Shown: positions 9,471 through 18,896 of the stretch, in pieces
Layout of the letters: each line of letters starts with the position of its first letter
How positions within the stretch are numbered: the first letter of the stretch is position 1
Assembly (NCBI GenBank): GCA_030432195.1
Contig: JAUIHE010000001.1
Coordinates: forward strand, 4,634-68,633
Length of the DNA stretch: 64,000 nucleotides
Source: Alphaproteobacteria bacterium
GTDB taxonomy: Bacteria; Pseudomonadota; Alphaproteobacteria; UBA7985; JAUIBT01
Direction of reading: 5' to 3'
Notes under the pieces: generated by a model
Database searches by the model: none
The model's input: the letters and a program-made list of their open reading frames with translations, nothing else
Told to the model about the DNA's origin: nothing
Made by a program: the position numbers and the translations under genes

Positions 9471-10301
9471 GAGCCCCAAAACGTGCCGCATCGTATAGAG
9501 CCCCGCAGGCTGGCCAGGCAGCCACAAAGCACCTTTGACCGCCCCAGCGGCAAAAATTGAGCGGCTGGTCGCACGGTGCGTCAGCTCGATCCGCTCTTGT
9601 TCGCCCACCAACATGACGGTGTGCTCACCTGCCACGTCACCGCCGCGCAGTGTCGCGAACCCGATCTCCCCGTCAGGACGCGCACCAACGTGACCGTCGC
9701 GCGCATAGCACGCCACCTCGGCCAAGTTTTGCTGCCGCCCTTTGGCCGCCGCCTCCCCCAGCATAAGCGCCGTGCCAGAAGGCGCATCGACCTTCTTGTT
9801 GTGGTGCATTTCCACGACCTCAATATCAAAACTGGGGTCCAGTGCTTTGGCGGCCTGCTCAACCAGCAGGGCCAACAGATTGACGCCTAAGCTGGTGTTG
9901 GCCGCCCAAACGATGGCCACGTGCTTGCTCGCCTCATGCACGGCCTGCTGAGTGGCTTCGGTGAGGCCGGTGGTGCCCAAGAACAGCGGCGTGCCCGTCT
10001 CGACAGCCAGAGCCAGGGTCTCGTCCGTCGCGGTAAAGTGCGAAAAATCGATCACCACGTCCGAGGCTTCAAAGACGCTCCGCCGATCATCGGTCGCGTT
10101 AATCCCCACCGCCGGTAGATTGGCAAGGCTAGCAAGGTCTTGGCCGATGACCTCTGAACCGGCGCGCTCAGCCCCCCCGGCCAAAACGGCGCCGGTCTGA
10201 CCAACAATAGTTTGGATCAGCATCCGGCCCATGCGCCCGCCGGTGCCCATCAGCCCAAGCTTGGCGGGATTGGCGGCGGTGGCTGTGTTTGTTGTCGTCA
10301 T
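9468..10301 (-). CDS. dapB: 4-hydroxy-tetrahydrodipicolinate reductase
   Basis: 277 aa. It has an N-terminal NAD(P)-binding GxxGxxG (LMGTGGRMGRM), the conserved EVVEMHHNKKVDAPSGTA block, and a strong ribosome-binding site (AGGAGAAAACCATG). Confidence 0.9.
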   Translation of the reverse strand: MTTTNTATAANPAKLGLMGTGGRMGRMLIQTIVGQTGAVLAGGAERAGSEVIGQDLASLANLPAVGINATDDRRSVFEASDVVIDFSHFTATDETLALAVETGTPLFLGTTGLTEATQQAVHEASKHVAIVWAANTSLGVNLLALLVEQAAKALDPSFDIEVVEMHHNKKVDAPSGTALMLGEAAAKGRQQNLAEVACYARDGHVGARPDGEIGFATLRGGDVAGEHTVMLVGEQERIELTHRATSRSIFAAGAVKGALWLPGQPAGLYTMRHVLGL

Positions 10302-10367
10302 GGTTTTCTCCTAGGCCCAGCAAGATTGCTGAAGCGGTCCACAAAAAGAATTAGGGGGCGGTGTCCT

Positions 10368-11498
10368 TCAAGCCTGCGCGACCGGCAGGGCCTTAAACGA
10401 CTCCATGGCGCCAACCAGCGCACGCCGCATGGCCGTCTCTAGCGCCGAATGCCCCCCCATGGCAATGATCCGCAAGCGCGATGCCGGCCAGCTCGAAGCC
10501 AAGTCGTAGGCCGTCTTGGGCGGGCAAATAACATCGTGGCGACCATGGATGATGATCCCAGGAATGTGGGCTATGCGCGGCATGTCGCGCATAATCTGGT
10601 CGGGCTCCAAAAAGAAGTCGTGCGACATGTAGTGAGCTTCCAAGCGCGCCAAGGACAAGGAGCCGCCACTAGCAGGTGCGGTCTTGTCGCTGAGTTGCGC
10701 CGCCTCGGCGCTGTTGGCGGGCAGCAAGCGGGGTTGGGGCTTTTCCTGCGAAGGATGCCCCGCGACCAGAGTTGCGCCTTGCGATCCCGTTGCATAGCGC
10801 AGATCCGTGCGATTGGCTCGCGCGCTCCCGCCCCTTGGACCGCGTGGTTCGACGCTGGAACAACCCATTTCATAGCGTGTCCAGACCGCCGCTGCAGGCC
10901 CGTGCACCGCTGCATCCGGGTCCATCAATCGTTGGTAGTAGGCCGCCAAAACCTGGCCTTGGTCTTGCAACGGCAACGCTTGAACGAACTCATGGGCGCG
11001 CTCGGGATAGAACTGTGCAATGCCCGACAGATACCAGTCGATTTCTTTCGCACTGCCCAAAAAGACGCCGCGCAGACACAGACCCAGGCAGCGCTCAGGC
11101 CAACGCTGCGCTACCAACAACGCCAAAGTGCTGCCCCAAGAGCCGCCAAACAGCAGCCAGCGTTCTATGCCCAAATGCTGGCGCAGGGCTTCAACGTCGT
11201 CCAACAGGGCTTGTGTCGTATTGTCTTCCGCACTGGCGTAGGGCTGCGAGCGGCCGCAGCCGCGCTGGTCCAACATGATGACGCGATAGTGCCGCGGGTC
11301 GAAGAAGCGCCGGAAAATGGGATTGCAGCCGCCGCCGGGTCCGCCATGCAAATAGAGCACGGGCACGCCGTCGGGATTGCCCGCCACGCTCCAGTGAAGG
11401 CTATGGCGCGCGCTGACTTGCAACATACCGTGATCGCTGGCTGCAAAAGCGGCGTAGAGCTCACGATCTAGGGGCTCTAGCGGGGTGGAATCTAACAC
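10368..11498 (-). CDS. pip: prolyl aminopeptidase (proline iminopeptidase, S33 alpha/beta hydrolase), with a roughly 60-aa low-complexity insertion
   Basis: The N-terminus, ELYAAFAASDHGMLQVSARHSLHWSVAGNPDGVPVLYLHGGPGGGC, matches the Pip signature. The nucleophile motif GGSWGS and a C-terminal ...HGRHDVICP block are present. At 376 aa it is longer than the usual roughly 315 aa. Confidence 0.85.
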   Translation of the reverse strand: MLDSTPLEPLDRELYAAFAASDHGMLQVSARHSLHWSVAGNPDGVPVLYLHGGPGGGCNPIFRRFFDPRHYRVIMLDQRGCGRSQPYASAEDNTTQALLDDVEALRQHLGIERWLLFGGSWGSTLALLVAQRWPERCLGLCLRGVFLGSAKEIDWYLSGIAQFYPERAHEFVQALPLQDQGQVLAAYYQRLMDPDAAVHGPAAAVWTRYEMGCSSVEPRGPRGGSARANRTDLRYATGSQGATLVAGHPSQEKPQPRLLPANSAEAAQLSDKTAPASGGSLSLARLEAHYMSHDFFLEPDQIMRDMPRIAHIPGIIIHGRHDVICPPKTAYDLASSWPASRLRIIAMGGHSALETAMRRALVGAMESFKALPVAQA

Positions 11499-11748
11499 GC
11501 TCTTTTCCGTAACTGGTGTCCACGACGGGACGATCTTCGCAGAATTTCAGGGCTGCCATCATGGCGTTTTGATAAAGGCGAAACAAGGCGATTGAGGATT
11601 TTCTGCCCATGCGATACCTGTTTATTCGTGGACAAACGAGCAATTCAATCGTTTATGGCCCGAGGGGCGCAGGCAAGCGGCAGGCCATCGGCCTAAACAG
11701 CGAAAGCCAGCGACTAACGCAGCAACACCAGGGAGCAAGACCGCCAGC

Positions 11749-12621
11749 ATGATCTCATGGCTCAATCGTCGCATATCGCGAGCCTTGATCGCGGTCTTCC
11801 AGTATGCGTTGCCAACGGTTTTGTGGCTGCTCTACAAAACCCAGCGCTGGGAAATTCAGATGAGTGCCGAGGCCGAAGCCTATTCGGCCGGTTCCTCGCC
11901 TTATGTCGCTTGTTTTTGGCACAGTCGAATTTTGATGATGGCGCCCCTCTACTACGACGGGTTTCGCATTAACCATAAACACGCCCTGAGTATGCTGGTT
12001 TCCCCGTCTCGCGACGGGGACATTGTGGAACGTTTGGCTTGGCGCTTTCGCATCAAGACCATTCGCGGCTCAGGCGCCGACGCCCCCATCGCGGCCACGC
12101 GAAAGATGCTGAGGGCTCTAGCGCGCGGTGATGCCATTGGGATTACCCCCGACGGGCCCCGCGGTCCGCGCTATGAGTTCAACTCCATCGGCCACAAGCT
12201 GGCCCAAGAACACAAGGTGCCGCTGTTCCTATCCAGTTTCTCGTGCACCAAGGGGTTTTTGATCAAACGGTCGTGGGATCACATGCTCGTTCCTCTGCCC
12301 TTTGGCCGGGCGGTCGTGCTGATCGAGGGCCCTTTTTGGGTTGAAAATCAAAGCCAAGAAGACATGGCCGAGCGGCTAAACGCCCTAACCCAACGCGCCG
12401 ATGAGCGCTGCGGGCGCCCGCCTCTGGAATATCCCAGCAATGAAGAGCGTATGAAGGCACTGCGTAGTTTGGCCAAGGCGCGCACCAAACATCGCGAGCG
12501 ACGCCTACAGGCCTATGCGGCCAAGAATGCCGGCAACGGCGCTGTTGGCAGCAGCGCCGAAAGCGCCACGGGCAGCAAACCAGATAGCGGCGCGCAGGCC
12601 AGCGATAAGCGCGACCGCTAG
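11749..12621 (+). CDS. DUF374-family lysophospholipid-acyltransferase-like protein (Kdo-transferase associated)
   Basis: 290 aa. It has an N-terminal TM segment and a DUF374-like core, HSRILMMAP...PSRDGDIVERL...ITPDGPRGPRYEF. It sits immediately upstream of waaA-lpxK, which is where this family usually occurs. Confidence 0.7.
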   Translation: MISWLNRRISRALIAVFQYALPTVLWLLYKTQRWEIQMSAEAEAYSAGSSPYVACFWHSRILMMAPLYYDGFRINHKHALSMLVSPSRDGDIVERLAWRFRIKTIRGSGADAPIAATRKMLRALARGDAIGITPDGPRGPRYEFNSIGHKLAQEHKVPLFLSSFSCTKGFLIKRSWDHMLVPLPFGRAVVLIEGPFWVENQSQEDMAERLNALTQRADERCGRPPLEYPSNEERMKALRSLAKARTKHRERRLQAYAAKNAGNGAVGSSAESATGSKPDSGAQASDKRDR

Positions 12622-12863
12622 GCGGCCCAGATACGAGCGCCCACCCCCAGCGCGGGCGCCGATACAAACTTGGGCAAATCGAACAAGCGGCGTTTGGTTG
12701 CTTGCGCCCCATGCGGCCATCAGGCATAGCCATAGCCCCCTGTTTTGTCGTAGGGTGAGGGCGGTAAACGAGCAGACTCGAAGCTTCCAGCTTTTGTGCT
12801 TGGCCGACCGTCTTGCCCTCGTTTTTATACCTGTTCTTTTGCCTCGCAGTTGCGCTCAGATTC

Positions 12864-14243
12864 ATGCCTTTACGCTATGCCTACGCTTTCATAAGTGCCG
12901 TTTCCGGCCCAGCACTGCGCGCGCTACTTGCCCAACGCAGCCAGCGCGACAAGGAAGACCCGCAACGCCTAGATGAGCGCATGGGCCTTGCCAGCCAAGC
13001 GCGCCCCGAGGGCCCGCTGTTGTGGTTTCACGCCGCTAGCGTGGGCGAGAGCCAAACAATTCTGCCGCTGGTCGAATTGCTGCTTGAGCGCAACCCGTCA
13101 TTGCACATCCTTTTGACGACTGGCACACGAACCTCAGCCAACCTGCTGGCTCAGGACATGCCGGACCGCGCCTACCACCAGTACGCACCGCTGGACAACC
13201 CGCGGTGGATCAAGCGCTTCCTGGACCACTGGCACCCGGATTGCGCCTTGTGGGTGGAATCTGAGCTGTGGCCCAACATGATCGGGTTGGCGGCCAAGCG
13301 TGCTGTTCCCCTAGGTTTGATAAACGCGCGGCTTTCGGCCCGCTCTGCCCGGCGCTGGCGACGTGTCGGACGCGGGTTTTTCTCCAGCCTGCTCGGCCGT
13401 TTCCGTCTGATTTTGGCCCAAGATGAAGCCAGCGCGCGCCGCCTTGAGCGCGATCTTGGTGTTCATGTTGAAGGCTGCGCGAACCTAAAACAGCTCTTTG
13501 ACCGGCCGCGGGCCTTGCCCAGTGATCTGGCGAGAAAGCTGGATGCCCTGAAATCTGTGCCGCAGCGCTGGCTTGCGGCCAGCACCCATCCAGGCGAGGA
13601 GGCGCTGGTCTACACCGCTGCATTGGCCCTTAGGCGCAGATGGCCGGGCCTCGTCACCGTGTTGGCCCCCCGCCACCCCGACCGAGTGCCAGAATTGGTG
13701 CGCCAAGGCGAAGCGCAGGGGCTGCAGGTGGTCTGCTTGTCAGACTGGGAGCCGGGTGAAGCTTTGGACGTTTTGGTGATCGACAGGCTTGGGTTGCTGA
13801 AGCAGCTCTACAGCTACCTGCCGATTTCTTTTGTGGGCGGCAGCATGAATTTGGGACTGGGCGGTCACAATGTTTTCGAGGCTCTTCGCGCGCCGACTTG
13901 CCTGCTGTTCGGCCCGGACATGAGCAATTTGCGCGCCGATGCCGACGCATTGCTGGCTCAGGGCGCTGCGCTCGAAGTGCAAGATGGCGCTAGCCTTACC
14001 GCTGCCCTGGACACGCTTTTGGCGAACCCCGACCAGCAGCGCGCCATGCACGACGCCGCCGCGCGCTATAATTTGCAAGATCAACAGCGCGCTGAAGCGG
14101 TGATTGAAGCGATTGAAGCTTTGCTCGCCGGCGGCTATCACGCTGGTGACTTTGAGCGCGTTTGCCAAGCACCGGCAGCACAGACCTTGGGCACAGACCC
14201 CGGGCGGCAAGCAGCGACAACCGGAGCTGCGGAGCATGGTTGA
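12864..14243 (+). CDS. waaA: 3-deoxy-D-manno-octulosonic acid (Kdo) transferase
   Basis: The motif LWFHAASVGESQTILPLVELL is present, and the C-terminal glycosyltransferase domain matches. The ATG at 12864 (MPLRYAY...) gives the usual spacing before the GKEDP..RLxER.G motif. The track ORF starts at 12813 with a TTG. Confidence 0.85.
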   Translation: MPLRYAYAFISAVSGPALRALLAQRSQRDKEDPQRLDERMGLASQARPEGPLLWFHAASVGESQTILPLVELLLERNPSLHILLTTGTRTSANLLAQDMPDRAYHQYAPLDNPRWIKRFLDHWHPDCALWVESELWPNMIGLAAKRAVPLGLINARLSARSARRWRRVGRGFFSSLLGRFRLILAQDEASARRLERDLGVHVEGCANLKQLFDRPRALPSDLARKLDALKSVPQRWLAASTHPGEEALVYTAALALRRRWPGLVTVLAPRHPDRVPELVRQGEAQGLQVVCLSDWEPGEALDVLVIDRLGLLKQLYSYLPISFVGGSMNLGLGGHNVFEALRAPTCLLFGPDMSNLRADADALLAQGAALEVQDGASLTAALDTLLANPDQQRAMHDAAARYNLQDQQRAEAVIEAIEALLAGGYHAGDFERVCQAPAAQTLGTDPGRQAATTGAAEHG

Positions 14244-15276
14244 ACTAAGGGCCCCCCGCTTTTGGTCTGAAGGCGGCTGGCAATCCCGCGCGCTTCAGCC
14301 TCTGGCCTTGGCCTATGGGGGTCTGGCGCGCGGCTATCGCCTGCTAAAGCCTAAGGTGCAAGCCCCACTTCCGCTGGTCTGCGTGGGCAACTACACGGCC
14401 GGCGGTGCAGGCAAAACGCCGGTCGTTCGCTCGCTAGTCGAGGGTCTTGAAACGCGCGGACACCGGCCTGTGGTTGTCTCAAAGGGCTACGGCGGCCGCC
14501 TGAAAGGGCCGCTGTGGGTTGATCCGCTAAAACACACCGCCGCAGAGGTGGGGGACGAACCTTTGCTGTTGGCCAGCGACTGCCCGGTGATGGTCGCGCG
14601 CTCCCGCGCCCAGGGTATGGCCTTCTTGCGCCAAGAACTGGCAAAGGCGCTGCCCGCGCACCATGACCTCATCGTGATGGACGATGGGCTACAAAATCCC
14701 TCGCTGCGTCCTGATTTGGCCTTCGCCGTCGTGGACGCTGGCACCGGTATTGGCAACGCCCGCACCCTGCCCGCTGGCCCTTTGCGCGAACCGCTGGCGC
14801 TGGGGTTTGAGCGCAGCCAGGCGGTAATTGTCCTGCGAACGGGCCAGGAGGCCGACCATCCGAGCCTGGCCGCAGTGATGCATCAAGCCCAGGCTCAAGA
14901 CCTCAAATTGCTGCACGGCCACACCTATCTGCAAGAAGCTCCCGCCCGGCCCTGGGTGCTGGCCTTTTGCGGCATCGCCCGGCCGGCCAAGTTCTTCCGC
15001 TCTCTGACCGAGGCAGGCTATCGGCTGACAGATACGCAGCCCTTTGGCGATCACCAGCCCTTTCCCGAGGCCGCGCTGGGCAATCTGTACAGGCGCGCGC
15101 GGGCGGATGAGGCTCAGCTCGTTACCACGGAAAAGGACTGGTTGCGTCTGCCCGAAGTCTGGCGCGAGCGGGTTCACTTCGTTCGCTTGCACATGGAATG
15201 GGAACGCGATCAAGCATTAGACCTGATCGAAGTCGCCATAGCGCGTTGGACCCAGAAACGTGCCGCAAACGCCTAG
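14237..15276 (+). CDS. lpxK: tetraacyldisaccharide 4'-kinase
   Basis: There is an ATGA overlap with the waaA stop at 14237-14243. The N-terminus, MVELRAPRFWSEGGW, and the P-loop GNYTAGGAGKTP match LpxK. The track ORF from 14104 is an over-extension inside waaA. Confidence 0.85.
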
Positions 15277-15307
15277 GGCGCTTGCCCGGGCTTTGCTCTG
15301 GGGCGCC

Positions 15308-15331
15308 CACGAACAACCGGCCGTGTTCGTG
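15308..15331. terminator. GC-rich hairpin between the convergent lpxK and ptsN genes (possible terminator, no clear U-tract)
   Basis: CACGAACA-accggccg-TGTTCGTG is a perfect 8-bp inverted repeat. Confidence 0.3.
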
Positions 15332-15473
15332 CCAAAATACGGAAAGATGACTTTGCGGTGAAACCACGCGCCTACAGCAGGTTGATTTGCAACAACTGGG
15401 CAACACCGGCTGTTGAGTAAGGGCTCTGGCGCGTGCCAAGACCCGGCGCTTTAACGGCCGCAGGCCCCGCCTA

Positions 15474-16007
15474 TCAGGCCGCGACGTTTGCGGCGCTGGC
15501 GCTCAGGCTCGCCGCTGAGCCCTGCCCGGTCCCAGACCCACCGCTTGCATGCTGGCTCAAGGCCTGGCTCAGCACAGCATGCACGGCCTCTTTGGTGGCG
15601 GCATGTCGAATACGCTCGCTGACTTTGGCATCGCGCAGAAGGCGCGCAAGTTTCGCCAGGCACTTCTTTTGATCCTGGCAGGCGTCTTCGGGCACCAGCA
15701 GCGCGCAAATGATATCCACCGGCTGGTCGTCCAGAGCGTCGAAATCGACCGGCTTATCCAGGCGCAAGAAAATTGCCTTTTCTACGCTAAGACCTGCCAA
15801 GCGGGCGTGGGGCAATGCGATACCGCCGCCGATGCCGGTCGAGCCCAAGCGCTCGCGATCCACCAGCGCCGCAATGATATCATTGCGGTTTAGCTTGCCG
15901 TTGGTCTCACAGGCTTGGCGCGCGATGCAGCAGAAGGCTTGCTTCATGCTTTCGGCGTCACAAGACAGATTGATGGCGTCGAGCGAGAGTAGTTTGCTGA
16001 GGTCCAT
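15474..16007 (-). CDS. ptsN: PTS IIA-like nitrogen regulatory protein (EIIA-Ntr)
   Basis: The N-terminus from the internal ATG, MDLSKLLSLDAINLSCDAESMKQAF..., and the phosphorylation-site region GIALPHARL match PtsN. It is the last gene of the rpoN-hpf-ptsN cluster. Confidence 0.85.
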   Translation of the reverse strand: MDLSKLLSLDAINLSCDAESMKQAFCCIARQACETNGKLNRNDIIAALVDRERLGSTGIGGGIALPHARLAGLSVEKAIFLRLDKPVDFDALDDQPVDIICALLVPEDACQDQKKCLAKLARLLRDAKVSERIRHAATKEAVHAVLSQALSQHASGGSGTGQGSAASLSASAANVAA

Positions 16008-16334
16008 AGGTTTACCGTGACTATCGCTGTTTTTCTTGTGCGAGGCGGACGGCAGGCTAAGGCCTGTTCGGTGGCACAAGTCTGTAAACGTCTACACGGA
16101 GCTCCATGTTGTTGCGACTACGACCGCCGCTGCAATCACTGCTTTGGCGGGGGTGTTGGCCTTATTCTGCTGCGGCCAATGTGGGCCTACAGAGAGGTGG
16201 TCAACGGCCCTTTGACGCTCTGTCAAATGGGCGGCCCGTTTTGGGGCCTGCGCGCTGGGGGCTGCCCAGCGCGCGATCGGTGGACATGAATGTGCAAAAG
16301 ACTTTGCAAATGCAAGCCTTAATTTGCCCTCAAT

Positions 16335-16895
16335 TCATGCGATTTCTTCAATCCAGCCATGATTTCCATCTTCACGGCGATACAAGATGGCGAGTTTGTT
16401 GGTTGACTTGTCTACAAAATGGATGAACCCGCTGAGCTCTTCTTCCAGTTGAATGCTGGCTTCGCCGACGCTGATGACCGGCAGGTCCTTCAAACTTTCC
16501 GAAATAACCAACGGGGCTGCACTGCTGACGGCATCGTCGTGATCCATGTGATCGTCGTCGTCTTGCTCCGCGATCATATCCGTTTCTTCGATGGGAAGTG
16601 GGTGATCTTCACGCAGGCGGCGCTTGTTCCTGCGCAGCTGTTTGCTAAGCGCTTTTAGAGCAACATCAAGGCTTTGATAGGCGTTGCGCGCCACTCCAGA
16701 GGCGGCAAAGTTCAGGTCGTGGCCTATTCGTATGTGAATCTCGGTCATGAAGTTCCCCTGGCGTTTAGACAGGGTTAGGTCGGCGTGCTCGGCCCGCCCG
16801 AAATACTTGGTTAAAATGGTCTCAAGCCCGGTCGAGAAGCGCTCCTTAAAGGCGTCACTCAGTTCAACGTGTAAGCCTTTAGCCGAGATGTTCAT
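16335..16895 (-). CDS. hpf: ribosome hibernation-promoting factor (long form)
   Basis: 186 aa. The N-terminus, MNISAKGLHVELSDAFKERF...LTLSKRQGNFMTEIHI, matches HPF, and the C-terminal dimerisation domain ...FVDKSTNKLAILYRREDGNHGWIE is present. Confidence 0.9.
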   Translation of the reverse strand: MNISAKGLHVELSDAFKERFSTGLETILTKYFGRAEHADLTLSKRQGNFMTEIHIRIGHDLNFAASGVARNAYQSLDVALKALSKQLRRNKRRLREDHPLPIEETDMIAEQDDDDHMDHDDAVSSAAPLVISESLKDLPVISVGEASIQLEEELSGFIHFVDKSTNKLAILYRREDGNHGWIEEIA

Positions 16896-17047
16896 AATGC
16901 ACTCCTTTCGTTAAAATGCGGCAACTGGTAGTTTATGAAAGTATCCTTTTCCAGCTCCCTCTTAGACTGTGGGTGCATTCCTGGAGGCCGACAAGGGCAA
17001 AACGACCGAATGTGAGACGACAAGCCAGAAAAAATGCTGCGACTCGG

Positions 17048-18730
17048 TCAAGATGACGCCGCGTATTGGCGCTTACGTTGTACCGACGAACCAAATCCTA
17101 GCGCTTCGCGATATTTGGTGACGGTTCGGCGGGCTAGACCAATTTTCTCCGCTGCCAAAAGTTTGACGATCTTGTCATCTGAAAGAGGGCGCTTATGGTC
17201 TTCCTCTTCGATTAATCGCTTAATATGCGCCTGCACCGCCTTGGCCGCTTGCCCGTCACCCGCAACCTCGCCGCCCCCGACAGACGAAGAAAAAAAGAAC
17301 TTTAGTTCATAGGTGCCCCGCGGTGTCGAAATATACTTATTCGCACACACGCGCGATATGGTACTTTCGTGAAGGTCTAGGCGTTCTGCCAATTGTCTCT
17401 GGACCAGGGGCTTCAAGGCATACAGCCCTTGTTCGAAAAACGCTGCTTGGGCTTCGACCAGGGCGCAAGCTACCCGCAGCATGGTGTTTGCGCGCTGCTC
17501 CAAAGCTGACACCAACCAGTTAGCGGACTGCCATTGTTCGCTTATATAGCGTGCATCGTCTTGCTGACGGTCGGTTTTATCGCTCTTGGCTGTTGCTTTG
17601 ATGTCAGACCGCCAGCTCGCGCTGTGCTGCGCAAGGCTCTGGTTGACCAGCAAGCGCGGCAGGTTGTTGGTGTTGAGCTCGACCAGCCAGGCGCCACCCT
17701 CAGCGGGACGCAGAAAGATATCGGCTTCCAACATCCCGTCATCGCCGCTATCAAACCGGGCGCCGGGCTTGGGGTCCAGGCGCCGGATCAAGGCCAGCGC
17801 TTCGCTGTAGGCGCTTTGGCTACACCCCAGGCGTTCGGCGCCTTGGCGCGGCGACAGCCCGGCCAACCCTTCAAGGTCCGCCAACAGCTTCGCCAACAAT
17901 GCGGAATACTGGCCGCGGTCTTGGAGCTGCAATACCAGGCATTCAGCCAGTGAGCGCGCAAACAGGCCAGCGGGCTCGATTTGTTGGCAGGTCACCACAA
18001 TCCGTTCAAGGTGATCGCCATCAATCCCAAGCTGTTCGGCAAGCGCCTCGGCTTCCATATCCAGGTAGCCCGCCGGACTCAGATAAAAGCAGAGACTTTC
18101 TGCGATTTTGAGATCCAGCGCATCGTCAAACAGCAAGGGCAGCGCCTGGCTGACATGCTGGTGTAGACTGGGCAAGGGTTCTGCAAAGTCGGTGGGGCGG
18201 AAATCAGCCCCAAAATCGCCAGCAGTCGCGGCGTTGGGCCCTGCGCTCAGTTCAAACGCTTGCGTTGAAGCCACCTCTGCCTCGCGCAGCGAACGGGGGG
18301 TCGCGCCCTCCTCTAAACGCTGATCTTCGCGCCAGTCCAAAGGATAGATCGGGGCATCTTCACCGCCAGGGGCCTGGCCAATTCCGTTCGCGCCATTCTC
18401 GTCCGCACCAAGCGCGCTTGGCCCCGCCTCGCTCAGGTCAGCGGAACGATCGCTGGCCTCGGCCGCTGAGGTCTGGTGCTGGCCGATCCGTGTCATAAGC
18501 CCGTCGGCGCTCAACAGCATGCTGTCGCCTGCGCCAACGCTGTCCCCGGCGTTGTTCGCATCACCTTCTGCGCGCTCCAGCATGGGGTTGCTGGCCAGAG
18601 CTTCCTCGACATAATTGGTCAAGTCCAAGCGACTGAGTTGCAGCATCTTGATCGCCTGCTGCAACTGCGGCGTCATCACGAGGGTCTGCTGCTGCTTGAG
18701 ATGAAGTTGAACGCCGGGACCGAGGGCCAT
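17048..18730 (-). CDS. rpoN: RNA polymerase sigma-54 factor
   Basis: 560 aa. The N-terminal region I, LKQQQTLVMTPQLQQAIKMLQLS, and the C-terminal RpoN box, ARRTVTKYREALG, are both present. Confidence 0.95.
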   Translation of the reverse strand: MALGPGVQLHLKQQQTLVMTPQLQQAIKMLQLSRLDLTNYVEEALASNPMLERAEGDANNAGDSVGAGDSMLLSADGLMTRIGQHQTSAAEASDRSADLSEAGPSALGADENGANGIGQAPGGEDAPIYPLDWREDQRLEEGATPRSLREAEVASTQAFELSAGPNAATAGDFGADFRPTDFAEPLPSLHQHVSQALPLLFDDALDLKIAESLCFYLSPAGYLDMEAEALAEQLGIDGDHLERIVVTCQQIEPAGLFARSLAECLVLQLQDRGQYSALLAKLLADLEGLAGLSPRQGAERLGCSQSAYSEALALIRRLDPKPGARFDSGDDGMLEADIFLRPAEGGAWLVELNTNNLPRLLVNQSLAQHSASWRSDIKATAKSDKTDRQQDDARYISEQWQSANWLVSALEQRANTMLRVACALVEAQAAFFEQGLYALKPLVQRQLAERLDLHESTISRVCANKYISTPRGTYELKFFFSSSVGGGEVAGDGQAAKAVQAHIKRLIEEEDHKRPLSDDKIVKLLAAEKIGLARRTVTKYREALGFGSSVQRKRQYAASS

Positions 18731-18896
18731 GCTCAGCCTTTCTGCCGCGCGCGCAGGCCATTTGGCGGCGAAAACGCCGGGCGGATAGGCTCAAGACCGT
18801 TGAGTTGGCAGGAAACTTGCATGTCCTTGAGATAGCGCGGTGCGAAAGCCTTGAAAAGGCCCGCGCTGCCGCACCCTTACAGACGGGCGTTTGCCA

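Noticed and set aside
9137-9574. Several 70-250-aa ORFs on both strands across the hairpin repeat array, with peptides such as GSGFAGLLSANPPS repeated
   Set aside because: Their periodicity simply mirrors the 52-56-bp DNA repeat, they are open in multiple frames and on both strands, and there are no ribosome-binding sites. The region is a non-coding repeat array.
10449-11471. 340-aa plus-strand ORF antisense to pip
   Set aside because: It lies entirely within a well-supported prolyl aminopeptidase gene on the other strand. Its translation is Arg/Ala-rich and low-complexity, typical of antisense frames in high-GC DNA.
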